63,009 nucleotides of DNA. Origin: Verrucomicrobia subdivision 6 bacterium. Its GTDB lineage: Bacteria; Verrucomicrobiota; Verrucomicrobiia; Methylacidiphilales; Verrucolacustridaceae. How positions within the stretch are numbered: position 1 is the stretch's first letter; every line of letters begins with the position of its first letter. The DNA lies in assembly GCA_947441075.1 (NCBI GenBank), contig CANESK010000001.1, forward strand, positions 1 through 63,009. The letters are read 5' to 3'. The position numbers and the translations under genes are program-made. The notes beneath the pieces are model-generated. The model had not been told where the DNA came from, ran no database searches, and saw only the letters and a list, made by a program, of their open reading frames with translations. Positions 37,854 through 48,176 of this stretch are shown here, one piece after another.

Positions 37854-38984
37854 TTAGTAGACGTCCTTGAGGTAGCGTTTCTCGGTTTTGCTAAAGGTGA
37901 CCGAGAGCCACTCGTCTGCCTGCTCTGGGGTCTTGCCACCATGAGTGGCGACAATTTGTAAAAGGGTGGCGTGGACGTCCTTGGCCATGCGTTTGGCATC
38001 GCCGCAGACGTAAAAGTAGGCTCCACGGTCGAGCCAGCGCCAGAGTTCGGCCCCCTCTTGGAGCATGCGGTGTTGGACGTAGATTTTCTCGGCCTGATCG
38101 CGCGAGAATGCGGTGGAGAGTTTGTGGAGGTGGCCAGATTTTTGGGCCTCGGAAAATTCATCGCCGTAAAGAAAATCGCTATTGGCGCGTTGGTCACCAA
38201 AGACGAGCCAGTTTTTGCCTGGATGGGCGTGATGCTTGCGGTGTTGGAGGAAGGCGCGGAAGGGAGCAATGCCGGTGCCGGGTCCGACCATGATCATATC
38301 ACTGTCGGGAGAAGGCAGATGGAAGTGGCGGGTGGGCTGGACAAAAACGGGAACGGTTGAATTGGGCTTAAGATCGGCGAGATAGCCTGAGGCGAGGCCC
38401 TGCTTCGGGCGGCCGTGAGTAGTATATTTGACTACGGCGACGGTGAGGTGCACTTCCCCTGGTCGGTGGTCGGGGGAGGAGGCGATGGAGTAGAGTCGAG
38501 GGGCAACTTTAGGTAGGAGTGAGGGGAGCTCGTTGGGATCGACTTGAAGGCCTGGTGCGTCGGCTAGGACATCGACGGCATCGCGGTCGGCTACGTAGGC
38601 GTCGAGCTTGGCTTCGTCGGCGCAAATTTCTTGAAGGCGATCGCGACCTGGGCTGGCAGGAGATTTCTCCGCGGCCATTTTCACAAACTTTTTGCCTGCC
38701 CGATTGAGGACGGTGGCTGCGGTAATGGTTTCGGTGAGGGTGGTATCCCCATTGAGTCCGAGTTTTCCGAGAAATTCATCGACGAGGTGGTCTGGGTTGC
38801 GAGGAAGGACTCCGAGGGAATCTCCGCAAACGTAGGTGGGACCAGTGGAGCCGAGTTCAATGACAACGTGGCGGGTATCTTTTTCCGACCCCTTTTTGTT
38901 GAGGAAGCGATTCTCGCGGACTTGTGCGGAGAAGGGATGATTCCGATTGAAGGGGGAGGCGGCGGGTTGGGTGGGGGCGGACAT
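37854..38984 (-). CDS. CysJ-like FAD/NADPH reductase lacking the flavodoxin domain
   Basis: RLYSIASS, GLASGYL, GPGTGIAPFR, AFSRDQ..KIYVQH, YVCGDAKRMAKDV and RYLKDVY; only about 376 aa. Confidence 0.88.
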   Translation of the reverse strand: MSAPTQPAASPFNRNHPFSAQVRENRFLNKKGSEKDTRHVVIELGSTGPTYVCGDSLGVLPRNPDHLVDEFLGKLGLNGDTTLTETITAATVLNRAGKKFVKMAAEKSPASPGRDRLQEICADEAKLDAYVADRDAVDVLADAPGLQVDPNELPSLLPKVAPRLYSIASSPDHRPGEVHLTVAVVKYTTHGRPKQGLASGYLADLKPNSTVPVFVQPTRHFHLPSPDSDMIMVGPGTGIAPFRAFLQHRKHHAHPGKNWLVFGDQRANSDFLYGDEFSEAQKSGHLHKLSTAFSRDQAEKIYVQHRMLQEGAELWRWLDRGAYFYVCGDAKRMAKDVHATLLQIVATHGGKTPEQADEWLSVTFSKTEKRYLKDVY

Positions 38985-38992
38985 GGTAATGG

Positions 38993-39226
38993 TTAGGTAT
39001 TGTCGTTGCCGATGGAACCGGTGGGGCAAATATCGAGGGCGCGTTGGGCGGCATCGATTTCTTCTGGGCTCTCGGGCTGTTTTAGAAAATAGACGTAGGT
39101 TTGGTCCTCATTGTATTTAAGGAGTTTTGGGGCCTCTTCGAGGCAGACATGGCATGGGGTGCAACTGTCGTCGACGTACCATGGGCCAGGGACGTTCTCT
39201 TTGAGGATACGAGTTTTATCGGACAT
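38993..39226 (-). CDS. Single-cluster ferredoxin
   Basis: CTPCHVC...CP motif in 77 aa. Confidence 0.88.
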   Translation of the reverse strand: MSDKTRILKENVPGPWYVDDSCTPCHVCLEEAPKLLKYNEDQTYVYFLKQPESPEEIDAAQRALDICPTGSIGNDNT

Positions 39227-39293
39227 CGAATTCACAAAATACACAGGCAAAGGCAGGTCGCAATCCTCGAGCGAGCGATTTTAGAAAAAAGTG

Positions 39294-39378
39294 TGCCCGG
39301 GGCGGGGGTCGAACCCGCACGGGGATTTCTCCCCAAGGGATTTTAAGTCCCTTGTGTCTGCCATTCCACCACCCGGGC
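39294..39378 (-). tRNA. tRNA-Leu (anticodon TAA)
   Basis: GCCCGGG acceptor stem, D-loop TGGCAGAC, anticodon arm AGGGA-CTTAAAA-TCCCT, long variable arm and GGTTCGAC T-loop; CCA not encoded. Confidence 0.95.
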
Positions 39379-39443
39379 GAAGTGAAAGATGATGATGCTG
39401 GGGTTTGCTCGGCGGGAAAGGAGGATGAGTGGGGTGTGATTTT

Positions 39444-40352
39444 TTAAAGGCGAGATGGCAAGGTTTGTCCGACCATTTGGCGGAGACCGGAGAGCAGGTC
39501 GACGGAAGGTTGCCAACCGGTAGATAGAAGCCGGTCGATGGAGGCGGAGGAGAAGCGAACATCGGCGGTGCGGGCAGGAAAATGGGAAATGGGGGAGGTG
39601 GAGCGGGTGGCGGTGCGGATGGTTTCGGCAAGTTGCAAAATGGAGTTGGATTGGCCTGAGGCGACATTGTAGGGCCCCACCATTTCTGGATGAAGGGCGG
39701 CATGGAGAAGGGCGGAGGTAACGTCTTCGACAAAGACGAAGTCACGGGTTTGGAGTCCGTCCCCATGGATGGGAAGAGGAGATCCTGCGAGGGCGGCTTG
39801 GAGAAGTTTAGGGACGGCGGCGGCGTAGGGGCCTTGAGGATCTTGGCGTGGTCCGTAGACGTTAAAGAAGCGAAGAGGGACGGCGGGAAGAGGTGAGGAA
39901 AGGCAAAGAGCTTCGCCCGCGAGTTTGGATTGGGCGTAGGGGCTGGCTGGAGCGGGGGGAAGAGTTTCGGTTTTCGGCATAATGGGATCGTTTCCATAGA
40001 TGGCGCAGGAGCTGGCCAGGACGAGGCGTTGGGCGCCCGCACGGGTGGCGGCGGCAAGAACGAGGCGGGTACCTTCGACGTTCATTTCGTGGCAGCGATC
40101 GGGATGGGCGACCGATTCGGGGACGCTGACCATGGCGGCGAGATGAAAGACGTGGGTGACGCCAATGAGGGCATCTTCTAGGGAGGCAGGTTCGAGAATA
40201 GATCCATAGAGGAAACGGCAGGAGAGGCCTTGAAGGTTGGATTTCTGACCGGTGGAAAGATTATCGAGTACGGTAACGGGTCCGTGAGATTGGAGGCGAT
40301 GGACGAGATGGCTCCCGATGAAGCCCGAGCCTCCTGTAACCAGAAATTTCAT
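39444..40352 (-). CDS. NAD-dependent epimerase/dehydratase (UDP-hexose 4-epimerase-like)
   Basis: VTGGSGFIGSH, HLAAMVSVPES, SPYAQSK, RFFNVYGPRQDP and GDGLQTRDF. Start taken at ATG 40352. Confidence 0.9.
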   Translation of the reverse strand: MKFLVTGGSGFIGSHLVHRLQSHGPVTVLDNLSTGQKSNLQGLSCRFLYGSILEPASLEDALIGVTHVFHLAAMVSVPESVAHPDRCHEMNVEGTRLVLAAATRAGAQRLVLASSCAIYGNDPIMPKTETLPPAPASPYAQSKLAGEALCLSSPLPAVPLRFFNVYGPRQDPQGPYAAAVPKLLQAALAGSPLPIHGDGLQTRDFVFVEDVTSALLHAALHPEMVGPYNVASGQSNSILQLAETIRTATRSTSPISHFPARTADVRFSSASIDRLLSTGWQPSVDLLSGLRQMVGQTLPSRL

Positions 40353-40441
40353 ATTGGGGCCAAGTTCGCTGAAAAGAGGCGCCTTGAAAAGACTAGGGAA
40401 AATAGATTGAGGCAAGGGGAGGGTTCTGGGAAAGTTTAGGG

Positions 40442-41284
40442 ATGAACAAACTATGGCTCCTTGGCCTCTTTGGCTTGATTGGCCTTTTAACCGCATGCGG
40501 AAAGAAAGATGAGGCGAAGGCAGTGGGCGGGAATACGCCTTCCGTCACCACCGCCGAACCGAGCCAAGAAGCACTGCCAGAGGACGTAGAGGATCGCTAT
40601 AAAGTGACTTACGTAAGAGCGGCCCAGTGTTTCGCACGCAATGATTTGGACGGTGCGCTAAAGTACTTGGATTTAGCCGATCAGGCCAAACCGAAGCAGG
40701 CGAGCAACGCTAATTTGAGGGGGGCGATTTTTACACGGAAGCGGGACTGGGAGCATGCCGAGGCCTCCTTTCGTGAGGCGTTAAAGCTGCAGCCCGATCT
40801 TCCGATGGCCGAGTTTAATTTAGGGGAAGTGCTCTTTCTGAATAATAAGTATGCGGAATCGAGAGAAAAGTTTCAGATATTCCTAAATAGCCAACCGAAC
40901 AATGATCTGGGTACTTACAAAATGTTTCTCTGCGATCTTTTAGGCGGAAATACGAGCAAAGCGGATAGTTATGTGGCCAAGCTCCAACCCAACCCCAGTA
41001 GTCCCCTCTACTATTTTGCCAAAGCGGCGGTGGCTTTTTATCGGAATGATAAACCTGCGGCGATGGAGTTTATTAGTTCTGCCTATCGGATCTATCCGCC
41101 AGAAGCGAATTCCACCTTTGCGGATTCTTTGGTGGAGAAGGGCTATCTTTCGGGGGAGCAGAATCAGGCCCCGATGCAGGATGATAACAAGGTTAAGGCG
41201 AGTGAGTTGAAGACCCTTCTGCCTGAGGTCAAAAAGCCCGAAACAAAGAAGAATCGGGAAAGTATCGATTTGCCGAAGCCTTAA
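40442..41284 (+). CDS. TPR-repeat lipoprotein
   Basis: Lipobox LTAC followed by several TPR-like helical repeats. Confidence 0.8.
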   Translation: MNKLWLLGLFGLIGLLTACGKKDEAKAVGGNTPSVTTAEPSQEALPEDVEDRYKVTYVRAAQCFARNDLDGALKYLDLADQAKPKQASNANLRGAIFTRKRDWEHAEASFREALKLQPDLPMAEFNLGEVLFLNNKYAESREKFQIFLNSQPNNDLGTYKMFLCDLLGGNTSKADSYVAKLQPNPSSPLYYFAKAAVAFYRNDKPAAMEFISSAYRIYPPEANSTFADSLVEKGYLSGEQNQAPMQDDNKVKASELKTLLPEVKKPETKKNRESIDLPKP

Positions 41285-42312
41285 GTCTGGGGGGGTAGGG
41301 CGGGGGCTGGTTCGCGGGTTTGAATTTGAGTGACAGCCCACTGGGCGTGTTCTCGGACGACGGGGTCAGCATCTTGGCAACTGGCTTGGAGCGCGGATAG
41401 ATCGTGGGAGGTTCCGATATTACCAAGAACGATGCAGATATTGCGCAACCAGCGGCCTCGTTTTAAGCGGAAGATGGGGGTGCCACGAAATTCTTTACGG
41501 AAGCGGGCATCGTCCCACGAGAGCATGGTGGCGAGATCGGGTCGGGGGATTGGAGTGAAGCTGAGTTCTCGAGATTGTTGGGCGTGTCGATTCCAAGGGC
41601 AAACATCGAGGCATTCGTCACAACCGAAGAGACGATCTCCGATGAGAGGGCGGAACTCTTCGGGAATTGATCCAGGATGTTCGATGGTGAGATAGGCCAG
41701 ACAACGCCGTGCATCGAGCACGTAAGGCTGAGGGAAAGCCTGAGTGGGGCAGGCATCCAGGCAACGGGTGCAGGTTCCACAGTGGTCTTGGCTGGGGGTT
41801 GAGGAAGTGATGACGAGGTCGGTCAGAAGGGAACCGAGCATGAGCCATGGTCCGTGTTCCGTGTGGATGAGGAGGGTATTTTTTCCCTGCCAACCGAGGC
41901 CAGCCATGGCGGCGATGGGTTTTTCCATCAAGGGGGAGGAGTCGACGCAGATGCGGTAGGAAGCGCCCCATGGGGCAAGGGTTTGCTCTGCGAGTTGGGT
42001 TAGTTTTTCGCGAAGACTTTCGTGATAATCGTATCCTTGGGCATAGGCGGCGATGCGACCTCGGCGCAAAGGGGGAGAGGTCTGTCGACTAGAGACTCCT
42101 GCGACAATAATTGTTTTGGCCTGGGCATCGTACTGTCGTGGGTCGGCGCGGAGTTCAGCATTTCGAGCCATCCAGTCCATCTCCCCTTGGTAGGATAGAG
42201 AAAGCCAGTGGCGAAGATGCTCGGCGCCTGGTGGAATTTCGGCAGGGGCGAATCCGAGGGCGTCGAAGCCTAGGCGCTGAGAGGTTTCGCGGAGGATCGA
42301 AGCATGGTCCAC
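41281..42312 (-). CDS. queG: tRNA epoxyqueuosine reductase
   Basis: AYAQGYDYH, VDSSPLMEK, GWQGKNT, CGTCTRCLDACP and GCDECLDVCPWN. Probable GTG start at 42312. Confidence 0.93.
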   Translation of the reverse strand: MDHASILRETSQRLGFDALGFAPAEIPPGAEHLRHWLSLSYQGEMDWMARNAELRADPRQYDAQAKTIIVAGVSSRQTSPPLRRGRIAAYAQGYDYHESLREKLTQLAEQTLAPWGASYRICVDSSPLMEKPIAAMAGLGWQGKNTLLIHTEHGPWLMLGSLLTDLVITSSTPSQDHCGTCTRCLDACPTQAFPQPYVLDARRCLAYLTIEHPGSIPEEFRPLIGDRLFGCDECLDVCPWNRHAQQSRELSFTPIPRPDLATMLSWDDARFRKEFRGTPIFRLKRGRWLRNICIVLGNIGTSHDLSALQASCQDADPVVREHAQWAVTQIQTREPAPALPPQT

Positions 42313-42316
42313 AGGT

Positions 42317-42832
42317 TTAGGAGGATGAGATTTGCGTGAGGATATGCTGAACCAGCTCCTCGGGAGTGCTACTCTGGACATCGAGGCAGATCTCAGATTC
42401 GGCGTACCATTTTCCTCTCTGGGCCAGCTGTTGCGCGAGGAGGTTGGCGCGTTGATCGGGTGGAAGAAGTGGGCGATCGGTGGCGAGAGCCAGGCGGGAT
42501 TCGAGAATGGGTAGGGGGACTTGGAGATACACGCGAAGGCCAGTGCGAGACATGATTTGGCGATTTGCTGGATCGAGAATGATTCCGCCTCCGCAGGAAA
42601 TGACTAAAGGTGTATGCGTGGATACTTCCTGGAGAACGCGGGACTCGAGTTGGCGGAACTTTTCTTCCCCATCGGCCTGAAAAATATCCGTGATGGTGCG
42701 ACCTGAGCTTTGGGTGATGAGTTGGTCGGTATCGGCAAAGGGAAGATGTAGTCGAGCAGCGAGAAGAGGAGCGAGGGTGCTCTTGCCTGAACCACTCAGA
42801 CCAAGTAGCCAGATGTGCTGCTGAGGATTCAC
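42317..42832 (-). CDS. aroK: Shikimate kinase
   Basis: [22 protein letters not shown] and DRPLL. Confidence 0.92.
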   Translation of the reverse strand: MNPQQHIWLLGLSGSGKSTLAPLLAARLHLPFADTDQLITQSSGRTITDIFQADGEEKFRQLESRVLQEVSTHTPLVISCGGGIILDPANRQIMSRTGLRVYLQVPLPILESRLALATDRPLLPPDQRANLLAQQLAQRGKWYAESEICLDVQSSTPEELVQHILTQISSS

Positions 42833-42926
42833 TTCGATAAATTGGCATGGAATGGGGCGGGGAGCGAGTGCGGGCGGTCAATTCCAAGGCTTGGGCAAAA
42901 GCGCTTTTTCGTGCAGAATAGGAGGC

Positions 42927-44021
42927 ATGGGTAACACCTTTGGCCATTTGTATAGGGTAACCACTTGGGGTGAGTCCCATGGGGGTGGGGTGGGTGCGGT
43001 GGTAGACGGGTGTCCGCCGAAAATTGCGCTTTCGGAGAAAGATCTGCAACCCGATCTGGATCGGCGTCGGCCTGGGCAAAGTAAAATTGTCACGCCGCGT
43101 AAAGAGGCGGATCGCTGTGCAATTCTTTCGGGGGTTTTCGGTGGGCAGACGCTGGGCACTCCGATTTCGGTCTGGGTACGGAACGAAGATGGGCGACCTG
43201 AGGCCTATAAGGAGATGCAGACAATATTTAGACCAAGCCATGCTGATTACACTTATCAAGCGAAGTATGGGATCCGAAACTGGCAGGGTGGAGGCCGGAC
43301 CTCGGCACGGGAAACGATTGGCCGTGTGATCGGCGGATCGGTGGCTCGGAAAATGTTTAAGCAGTTGGTGCCCCGTCTCTCGGTGACGGCATTTGTGCGA
43401 CAGGTGGGAAGTCTGGTGGCACGGGCAGAGGCGGGAAAAGTTTCGGCAAAGGAAGTGGAGTCGAACATTGTTCGTTGGCCTGAGGCGAAGGGGGCGGAGC
43501 AGGTGGTGCGCTTGATCGAGCGGGTCCGGTCGGAGGGAGATTCTTTGGGTGGGGTGGTAGAGTGTGTTGTGCGGGGTTGTCCCGTGGGAATTGGGGAGCC
43601 AGTTTTTGATCGATTGGAAGCTGATTTAGCGAAAGCGATGATGAGCTTGCCTGCGACGAAGGGCTTTGAAATCGGCTCGGGCTTTGCAGGGGCGCGAATG
43701 CGCGGCTCTGAACATAACGATGAGTTTTACTTAGAAGGAAAAAAGGTGCGGACTCGGACGAATCGAAGCGGAGGGGTGCAGGGCGGGATTAGTAACGGAG
43801 AGGACATTATTTTTCGGGTGGCCTTTAAGCCAGTGGCGACGCTGGCTCAAGCACAGAAAACGGTGGATGCGAAGGGGCGGCAGGTGGAGTTGAAGGCAAG
43901 GGGTCGGCACGATCCGTGTGTTTTACCGAGGGCGGTACCGATGGTGGAGGCGATGACCTTGCTGGTGCTGGCGGACCACTACCTGCGTGATCGCGCGCAG
44001 ATGGGGTTAAGTAGAAAATAG
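42927..44021 (+). CDS. aroC: Chorismate synthase
   Basis: [27 protein letters not shown] and GRHDPCV. Confidence 0.97.
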   Translation: MGNTFGHLYRVTTWGESHGGGVGAVVDGCPPKIALSEKDLQPDLDRRRPGQSKIVTPRKEADRCAILSGVFGGQTLGTPISVWVRNEDGRPEAYKEMQTIFRPSHADYTYQAKYGIRNWQGGGRTSARETIGRVIGGSVARKMFKQLVPRLSVTAFVRQVGSLVARAEAGKVSAKEVESNIVRWPEAKGAEQVVRLIERVRSEGDSLGGVVECVVRGCPVGIGEPVFDRLEADLAKAMMSLPATKGFEIGSGFAGARMRGSEHNDEFYLEGKKVRTRTNRSGGVQGGISNGEDIIFRVAFKPVATLAQAQKTVDAKGRQVELKARGRHDPCVLPRAVPMVEAMTLLVLADHYLRDRAQMGLSRK

Positions 44022-44025
44022 CGTT

Positions 44026-45318
44026 TTAGAAGGAGAAGTTGCCACCTAACTCGATCGAGTTAGTGACGGGGGAACCGAAGGTGACCTGTTGGTTGTCGCC
44101 CATATCGACGGTGGGTTGACTGGTGCCGTAGAATTTGTAGGCCAAGGTGAGGCTAAACTGTTCGTAGAGGCGATAGCGACAACCGGCGGTGATTTGATAG
44201 GCGTTATTCATATCACTGCCTGAACCGGAGAGGGTGGTGAAATTACCAGGGTAGGTGATACTGCCGATTTTGAAGTAGTTCCAACCGCCCCCAAACCCGA
44301 AGTTGGCGTAGGGAATAAAGCCACTTTCGTTGGGATATTGGAAGCAGAACTGAGCGATGATGGGAACGCTCCAGTAGGTGCTGCTCGAAACGTCCATGCC
44401 TTCTGTGTTCCCGCGAATGGCATTGAGGGCGAAGCCAGTCTCGATGGAAAGGCCGAACCAAGGAAGAAGCCATACTCCAATATCGATGTCTTGACGATAG
44501 CCCGTGCTGAAGGCGATTTCTTTTTGGATGGCTGGGTTGCTTGGGCCGTTTGGGCCGACAATGTTGACAATATTCATTGAACTGACAAAGCGGGCGCCTC
44601 CCTCGGTGCGGACGTAAAAAGGGTCTTCTTCTTGAGCAGTGGTGGAAAGAGGGTGTTCGAGTAGATTTCCAGGCCAGCCTCCAGGGAAAAAGGGTTCATC
44701 GGCTGGAGCAGAGACGAGAGGGCTGGCCGGTGTGGAGGACAGGGGTGCGACTGGGGCCTCCGCGGAAGTTTTTGGAGCAATAGAATCCTGGGCGGGAGGT
44801 GTAGGATTAGAAAGTGTAACTGGGGCAGGAGAGGAGGAGGGAAGGGTAGTTGGTTCGGGCAAAGGGCTTTTCTCGTTGGGCAGTGCTGCGGGGGTGGATT
44901 GGGAGATCTTAGCAAAGGTGACGCTGCCCGCTGGAGTGCCCTCGAGTTTTTCTAGGCGATTGGAATCGGAGAGCGTGATCCTAAGAGATGATTTTGGAGG
45001 CATGGTAACTTGCGAGTCGCCAAGATTGAAGATGCTGGGACTGCTGGCTGCAGGTGGGAGACTGACGAGGATGGTTTTTTTTCCAGCGGAATTAAAGCCG
45101 TAGCTGACGTTACAATTTTGTCCGTCGAGCTGGATGGATTGTCGGGGGGTGCCTTGTTTAACGAACTCAGCGATTCCGCCTGTGGCGTCGTAAACGACGA
45201 GAGAACCGTCTTCTTGGAGGGAGATGTTGGTGGATGGCTTGGAGGCGCTATGACCAAAGAGCGGAAGGAGAAAAAAGGCGCACAGAACACAATATATAGC
45301 GGTCTCTCTGTTTCGCAT
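44026..45318 (-). CDS. Outer-membrane beta-barrel protein with N-terminal domain and Pro/Ser/Thr linker
   Basis: Signal peptide, beta-rich N-domain, long PAST linker, C-terminal amphipathic strands (PYANFGFG, YQITAG, LAYKF) and terminal FSF. Confidence 0.72.
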   Translation of the reverse strand: MRNRETAIYCVLCAFFLLPLFGHSASKPSTNISLQEDGSLVVYDATGGIAEFVKQGTPRQSIQLDGQNCNVSYGFNSAGKKTILVSLPPAASSPSIFNLGDSQVTMPPKSSLRITLSDSNRLEKLEGTPAGSVTFAKISQSTPAALPNEKSPLPEPTTLPSSSPAPVTLSNPTPPAQDSIAPKTSAEAPVAPLSSTPASPLVSAPADEPFFPGGWPGNLLEHPLSTTAQEEDPFYVRTEGGARFVSSMNIVNIVGPNGPSNPAIQKEIAFSTGYRQDIDIGVWLLPWFGLSIETGFALNAIRGNTEGMDVSSSTYWSVPIIAQFCFQYPNESGFIPYANFGFGGGWNYFKIGSITYPGNFTTLSGSGSDMNNAYQITAGCRYRLYEQFSLTLAYKFYGTSQPTVDMGDNQQVTFGSPVTNSIELGGNFSF

Positions 45319-45423
45319 CCCTATATAAAGGGTATAAAAATCCTATCTGTCGAACCATGCCCTAGGGCAATGGTGGCAATTCTGAGTGAAATTACTTATG
45401 CTGTAATACTCTAATGCAGAACG

Positions 45424-46236
45424 CTATCGATTCGTAAAAATAGGGTTATTGAAAAGATATTTAGAGGTGAAACTATTTCCTCCGACTAACCAGAGAATTG
45501 CTGCCATGGCTAGGTAGGGACCGTAAGGGATTTTGATTCCTAACTTTCTTTTTCGTCCAGTCAAGATTCCGATGCCGACACCTGTGCCGATAAAAGAGGA
45601 GACAACCAAAATGAAGGGGAGACTGGGCCAGCCTAAAAAGGCGCCTAGGGCGGCGAGAAGTTTGGCGTCGCCGATGCCCATGGCTTCCTTTTGTAAAAAC
45701 CAGGAGGCGGTACGAGCCACCGCCCAAAGAAGTCCACCTCCTACGGCGGCAGAGAGGGCGGATCGAATCATGGCGTCGACGGCATCTTCCTGCCGTTGTA
45801 TTTCGGGAACGAGGTAACTGGCGCAAATACCGAGAACGACACCGCCGATGGTGAGGGCATCAGGAATGACGAGATAATCGAGGTCGATGCCTGAGGCGAT
45901 AATCAAGCCTGCGACGAGAAAAAGATAGATTGCAAAAAGTTGCGGCGGATAGAGAAACCATAATGTGGTGGAAAGAATCGCCGTGCCTGCCTCGATCGCA
46001 GGATAGCGCGGATCGAGGTGAGCCCCACAACATCGGCTGCGACCGCGAAGAAGAAAGTATCCGAGAATGGGCAGATTGAGAAAGCCGGGAATACGCAGGC
46101 CACAAGCGGCGCAACGGGAGGGAGGTCGGACAATGGATTGTCCAAGCGGAATACGGAGGATGCAGACGTTGAGGAAAGAGCCTAGGCAGGCACCGAAAAC
46201 AAAAACGGCGCATCCGATAAGGAGAGGCAGGTTCAA
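45424..46236 (-). CDS. pilD: Prepilin peptidase/N-methyltransferase
   Basis: GSFLNVCILRIP, PPSRC..C, IDL..IPD, MGIGDAKL and IPYGPYL. Confidence 0.92.
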   Translation of the reverse strand: MNLPLLIGCAVFVFGACLGSFLNVCILRIPLGQSIVRPPSRCAACGLRIPGFLNLPILGYFLLRGRSRCCGAHLDPRYPAIEAGTAILSTTLWFLYPPQLFAIYLFLVAGLIIASGIDLDYLVIPDALTIGGVVLGICASYLVPEIQRQEDAVDAMIRSALSAAVGGGLLWAVARTASWFLQKEAMGIGDAKLLAALGAFLGWPSLPFILVVSSFIGTGVGIGILTGRKRKLGIKIPYGPYLAMAAILWLVGGNSFTSKYLFNNPIFTNR

Positions 46237-47135
46237 ATCTTCCTCCCTGCAGATTGCTCGAGTGCTGCCTGCATTGCTGCCCGCGGGGCTTTTTTGCCTG
46301 TCCAGATTTCGAAGGAAAGAGTTCCTTGGTGCAGGAGCATTCCGAGGCCATCGATGGCAAGGCAGTCGCGCTGACGAGCGGCGCGGACGAGTGGGGTGAG
46401 GTCCTTTCGGTAAATGGTGTCATAGACTCGTAGGGGGGGGTGGAGGGATTCGAAGGGAAAGGGCAGGGAGTCTTCCTCTTTCATTCCAAGACTAGTGGCT
46501 TGAACAAGAAGGTCGCTCTTGGGTAGAGCGGATTGAATCGCGGAGATATCCCAAGGGATGGTTTGGATGGGGAATCGTCCTGTGCCTAAGGATTGGAGTT
46601 CGCGGAGTAGTTCTGTGGCACGCTTCGGCTCCCGATTTGTCAAAGTAAGGGCCGCGCATCCGCTTTGGGTAAGATGGCGGGCGAGCGTTTGGCCGACTCC
46701 GCCACATCCGAGAATGAGGACGCGGAGTTTATCGGTGGCCAGTTGCCAAGTTTCTTGGAGTGCTGTTTCCCATCCTGCCGCGTCGGTGCTGAAGCCGTGG
46801 AGTTGGCCTTTTTCCACTCGAATGGTATTTACCGATTGGGCATTCAGCGCAGAGGAATCTTTCATCGCAACCAGATTGAACATCTCTTTTTTATGGGGCA
46901 GGGTGCAGTTCCATCCTTGGAGTCCAGCCTTGAGAAGTAGAGGGATCGCGAGGTGGAGAGTGCCGGCGGGGACCTCGATTCGGAAATATTCGGCAGGCAG
47001 GTCTAAAGCTTCGAACCCAGCGAGTTGCATAGCGGGGGAGAGGGAGTGCGCAATGGGGCAACCGATGACCCCATAGCGAATTACGCCTGGTTGGGCAGGA
47101 GGAAGGGTCTCGGGGGTGAAAACTGCGGGTGGCAT
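46233..47135 (-). CDS. aroE: Shikimate dehydrogenase
   Basis: HSLSP, NCTLPHK, SVNT, TDAAG and DGLGMLLHQG..FEIWTG. Start taken at ATG 47135. Confidence 0.92.
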   Translation of the reverse strand: MPPAVFTPETLPPAQPGVIRYGVIGCPIAHSLSPAMQLAGFEALDLPAEYFRIEVPAGTLHLAIPLLLKAGLQGWNCTLPHKKEMFNLVAMKDSSALNAQSVNTIRVEKGQLHGFSTDAAGWETALQETWQLATDKLRVLILGCGGVGQTLARHLTQSGCAALTLTNREPKRATELLRELQSLGTGRFPIQTIPWDISAIQSALPKSDLLVQATSLGMKEEDSLPFPFESLHPPLRVYDTIYRKDLTPLVRAARQRDCLAIDGLGMLLHQGTLSFEIWTGKKAPRAAMQAALEQSAGRKI

Positions 47136-47227
47136 GTGTCTATTGAGCCATCGGAAGGCTTTCCCGCCCAACAAAAACGGCGTTGGCCCAAGTTGCCCCC
47201 AAGCCAACTTTCCCATAGGATGGCTGA

Positions 47228-48121
47228 ATGAGCGCTCATCATCCTCTCGCCGCGGAAATGGTTCGATCCTATGCCGAGCTGGCAGCGATCAATCATTTGG
47301 GCGGAACTCAGCTTCCTTCGAAAGCGGCGGTGGCGGCGATTACGGAAGATTTGCTCCATCTTCTTTTTCCCGGATTTTACGAGGGGGATCGTCTGGAAGG
47401 GAAAGAACTGGGACCCGCCATCACCGGTCTTCTTGGCTCGCTAGAAAAGTCGTTGGAGCGTGAAGTAACCAAGTGCCTATCGAAGAAGGCTGCTCTTGGG
47501 GAATCGGCCCAAGCAAAAGTCCGCTCCTTTTTGGAGCGACTCCCTGCGATCCGGGCGATCCTCAAAACCGACGTTGAAGCGGTCATGGCGGGCGATCCAG
47601 CGGCGCACAATGTGGAGGAAATTCTCCTAGCCTATCCTGGGATTGAGGCGATTGCGGTGCAGAGAATGGCCCATGAACTTCATCTTCTCGGGGTGCCCCT
47701 CTTTCCTCGCATGATGACGGAGTGGGCCCACAGTCGGACGGGAATCGATATCCATCCTGGAGCTATTTTGGGATCCTCCTTTTTTATTGATCACGGAACG
47801 GGTGTGGTCATTGGAGAAACAACCGAAATTGGGAGGGAAGTGAGGATTTATCACGGAGTGACGCTGGGGGCTCGCTCGGTAACGGGAGCGCAATCGTTGC
47901 GCGGACGTAAAAGGCATCCGACGATTGAGGATCGCGTGACGATTTATCCAGGTGCGACTATCTTGGGTGGGGAAACGGTGGTGGGAGAGGGAAGCACGAT
48001 TGGCGGCGGTGTCTTTCTGGCGAAAAGTGTTCCACCCCATCATCTTGTCTTTGCAGAGCATGCCGCGCTTAAAATTATCCCCAAGGCGGATCGACCCCAA
48101 GGCAGTGAATACACCATCTGA
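47228..48121 (+). CDS. cysE: Serine O-acetyltransferase
   Basis: GDPAA, AYPG, TGIDIHPGA, FIDHGTGVVIGET and KRHPTI. Confidence 0.93.
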   Translation: MSAHHPLAAEMVRSYAELAAINHLGGTQLPSKAAVAAITEDLLHLLFPGFYEGDRLEGKELGPAITGLLGSLEKSLEREVTKCLSKKAALGESAQAKVRSFLERLPAIRAILKTDVEAVMAGDPAAHNVEEILLAYPGIEAIAVQRMAHELHLLGVPLFPRMMTEWAHSRTGIDIHPGAILGSSFFIDHGTGVVIGETTEIGREVRIYHGVTLGARSVTGAQSLRGRKRHPTIEDRVTIYPGATILGGETVVGEGSTIGGGVFLAKSVPPHHLVFAEHAALKIIPKADRPQGSEYTI

Positions 48122-48176
48122 ATAACTTCCTTTTTTCCGATTGGCGTTTGCCCCCCAAGTTCTTCTAATGTTTTCT

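Noticed and set aside
39294-39378. tRNA-Leu as an island integration site
   Set aside because: No integrase nearby and no duplicated tRNA 3' end noticed; flanking genes are ordinary chromosomal genes.
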